Assembly: GCF_026210795.1 (NCBI RefSeq) | Contig: NC_089429.1 | Span: 3,782,001 to 3,846,000, forward strand | Length of the DNA stretch: 64,000 nt | Reading direction: 5' to 3' | Source: Rhizophagus irregularis | Lineage: Eukaryota | Shown: one piece after another, positions 61,501-64,000 of the stretch | How positions within the stretch are numbered: position 1 is the stretch's first letter | How the letters are laid out: the number at the start of each line of letters is the position of its first letter | Notes under the pieces: generated by a model | What the model was told of the DNA's origin: nothing | The model's input: only the letters and a program-made list of their open reading frames with translations | Database searches by the model: none | Made by a program: the position numbers and the translations under genes

Positions 61501-64000
61501 GAAGAAGCCGACAGGCAGAACCAAACACCTAAAAAACGGAAAGATGTTGATAAGGCTAAAGCCTTTAAAGTGAGGGTAGAAGTTGTAATCAAGGAAGATG
61601 GAGAAAGATCAAACATTATAGGTTGAGAGAATCGTTCAGAAGAAAGAAGGATATATTTTGCTGAATTTGCTTGAGTATTATTTAAAGTATAAAATTCAGC
61701 AGTAATGGAAAGGCGATCTTCAATTCCTCGTTTAGATGAAGCAATCAAAGTGGAGTCGTCCATAAATGTAATATGCGAAACAGGGAGATTATGTTGTTCA
61801 TATTCAGTTGGAGAATAATCCAATAGTGCAGAAGATTTCAAAATAAAGGGATCACAGGCTTCTCGATTAAGTGTGGTAAGCAAAGGATCCAAATAAATGA
61901 CCCATAATAATGGAGAAATGATTTCACCCTGGTCAATACCAATTCTAACTCTATATCCAGAAGTATCACCATAATGGGTAATAATTTTATTATTACGTCT
62001 TGTAAAAAGGTTGATAATAAATTTAATCAATAAAGACAGTATATGCAGACGGATTAAAGCTAGTCTAAGCATGTTTAAATCAATTGAGTCAAAGGCCTTA
62101 GAAATGTCCTGAGAAACAATCCATAACTCTTGGTCATCGCTTTTATCAAAGCGTCGTTGATGAATAATAGCATCAAGCATCTTAATAGGAATGTCAGTGG
62201 AACCACCTGGCAATCCAGCAAAATTACCACCTTGGAGCACTTGGTTGTCAGCTAGGATTTTTGAAAGACGAGTTGTAACGACCTTAACCATACATTTTCG
62301 TACAGTTTCCAACAAAGTGATAGGTCACGTATTCTTTAATTGTGCGTCAAATTCATGAGGCTTTGGAATGGGATAAACAAGCGCTTCACGCCAATCAGCA
62401 GGAATATCTCCATGAATGAGGCAGGCATTAGCTAAAATAAGGGATAAATTGAAAGCTTCGCCAGTTAAATGTTTGAGCATCTCATAAGAAATTTTTGAAG
62501 GACCAGAGGCTTTGTTATTGGGCATAGAATTGAGAATGTTTTTCCATTCATCTTCCAAAATAGGAGACATAACCGAGATATATAACGACGAATCAATATC
62601 AGAAAGAGGAGTATATGCTCTTTGCCATCGTGGAGGAAATGAATCCATAGAAGAATACTGGACCAAAGGAGGAGTAACAACCGATTGGAAGTGGTTAATA
62701 GCAGCTTGCTTGATATCTGAAGGATCAGTAAGTAAAGTGGGTTTAGAGTCAATAACAACCAAGACTCTATCTAGAATGATAGAACGATGTTCCACTGATA
62801 GGGCTGAAGAAATAAAGGAGCCCGGGGACGTAGAGAAATGTTCATCTCTAAGAGCAGTATAATATTCAATGGAATCTACACGATGTTGCTGAAATTGCAT
62901 GGAAAGATATGCTGAGACCAAAGTTTTCTGCGAACGCAAAAATTTGATAAAAGCGGGAAGTGGTGTTGTACTATAATTAGGTATAGTATAATCTTTTAAA
63001 AGAGATTTGAGAAGAGATAATTGTGTAGACAAAGAGTTAATCATCTGTGAAATTTGAGCTGGACGACTAGGCCGAGTCGTGGTCAGTTTGAATAATAATC
63101 TATCCAAAAATTTGTTGATAGCAATAAGCATCGTAAGCTCAGGAGGATGTTTATGGTGATGGGTATTGGATACATATTGAAATGGTAGAGAATCAATGGC
63201 ACCACCAAGAATAGAACGTTTAAGAGCGTGCCAAAGTTTGTCCAAAGAAAGAGCTGAAAGTGAAGATATAGAAGGATGATGTGTGGTCAAATACAACTCA
63301 AGACGCGAGTTTACTTCAATAGAAAATTTGTCCCAAGTATCATCTTTCAAATTCTTGTAGAGAAAAATGGTGCGTTGTTCGCTTTTTTGTTTTAATCTAG
63401 CTTTAGCTAGAGTAGCGAAACAGGAGCTAAAATCAAAAGCCGTTATAAGTACACGGTGATCAGTGAATGGATTGTCATTTAATTTAGGACAAGATTCAAC
63501 ATGAGAGAAAAGACCGGGAGCAGGAAAACCAGGGGATGACCAAATATAATCAAGTCTTGAAGAACCATTCTGATGATAAAAGGTAGGACTAGGACCTGAA
63601 AATGAAGAAATATGGGATTGATGATCTGTAAAATATTGAGAGGAGAGTGATCGTAAAACTTTTAAATGATGTTGAGGAAGGTGTGAATGTGAAAGTTCAT
63701 CTGCATTAAAATCACCAAGGATTACTACATGATAATTATTAGAACGGGCTTTATCAAGCCATAAATTAAGTTGTGCAAAAATAGCATCTCGTTTTTTATA
63801 ATGAATAGAGTGATAAAGAGGAATATAAACAGAAATAATAGAAATTTTTGTTTGATGGAAAAAAAGATCCAATTTTAAAAGACGACCTTTCCAAGGATCA
63901 ATCTTCTGAACATGTTTGTGTAAAGGATGGCGCAGTAAAAGACCAACACCATCATGAGGTCGTGAATTAGAAGGGGAAGGTGCCCAATAGGATTTAAAAT
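58566..64000 (-). mobile_element. Non-LTR retrotransposon (LINE) with APE endonuclease, RT and RNase H; 5' end outside the window
   Basis: ORF2 domains are described in the next feature. A U-rich 3' UTR ends in A-rich AATAAAAAATAAA at ~58566-58580 on the minus strand. Confidence 0.92.
58803..64000 (-). pseudogene. LINE ORF2 (APE-RT-RNase H-Cys/His finger), a single frame broken by TGA stops
   Basis: APE: ILGDFNA, SRLDYIW, TDHR. RT: KASGPS, DISKAFDSI, QGEIISPLLW, FMDD, FRFLGV. RNase H: YIDGS, RSEVFA, ATDC, KVPAH, NNHVDALAK. Finger: CPQC..ETLDHLWTC. The ORF-track pieces are all in one frame. Confidence 0.93.

Overview
This is very AT-rich eukaryotic DNA with short GT-AG introns. The TE families suggest an arbuscular mycorrhizal (Glomeromycotina, Rhizophagus-like) fungus, which is an inference. 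The window is almost entirely nested mobile DNA, with no recognisable housekeeping gene, rRNA, tRNA or CRISPR array. Three large CMC-type (CACTA/Mirage/Plavaka) DNA transposons can be delimited by terminal inverted repeats (TIRs) and target-site duplications (TSDs). The first is a 19.3 kb Plavaka element (10803-30093, CATC...GATG, TSD GA) carrying four paralogues of an uncharacterised 5-exon accessory gene. The second is a 22.4 kb CACAGGT element (32501-54885, TSD AAA). The third is a related 14 kb element (35242-49235, TSD TCA) inserted into the accessory gene of the second. Also present are a truncated Ty3/Gypsy-like element (LTR, PBS, gag), a solo LTR, five MITEs with different TSDs, a RecQ-like fragment and a LINE (APE-RT-RNase H) running off the right edge. 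The most unusual signal is a set of tandem arrays, unrelated in sequence, whose repeat unit is a ~30-60 nt exon plus a complete short intron. The exons do not preserve reading frame, and in some arrays the splice signals sit in covarying hairpins. These arrays are candidate TE-borne, multiply spliced non-coding RNAs or leaders.
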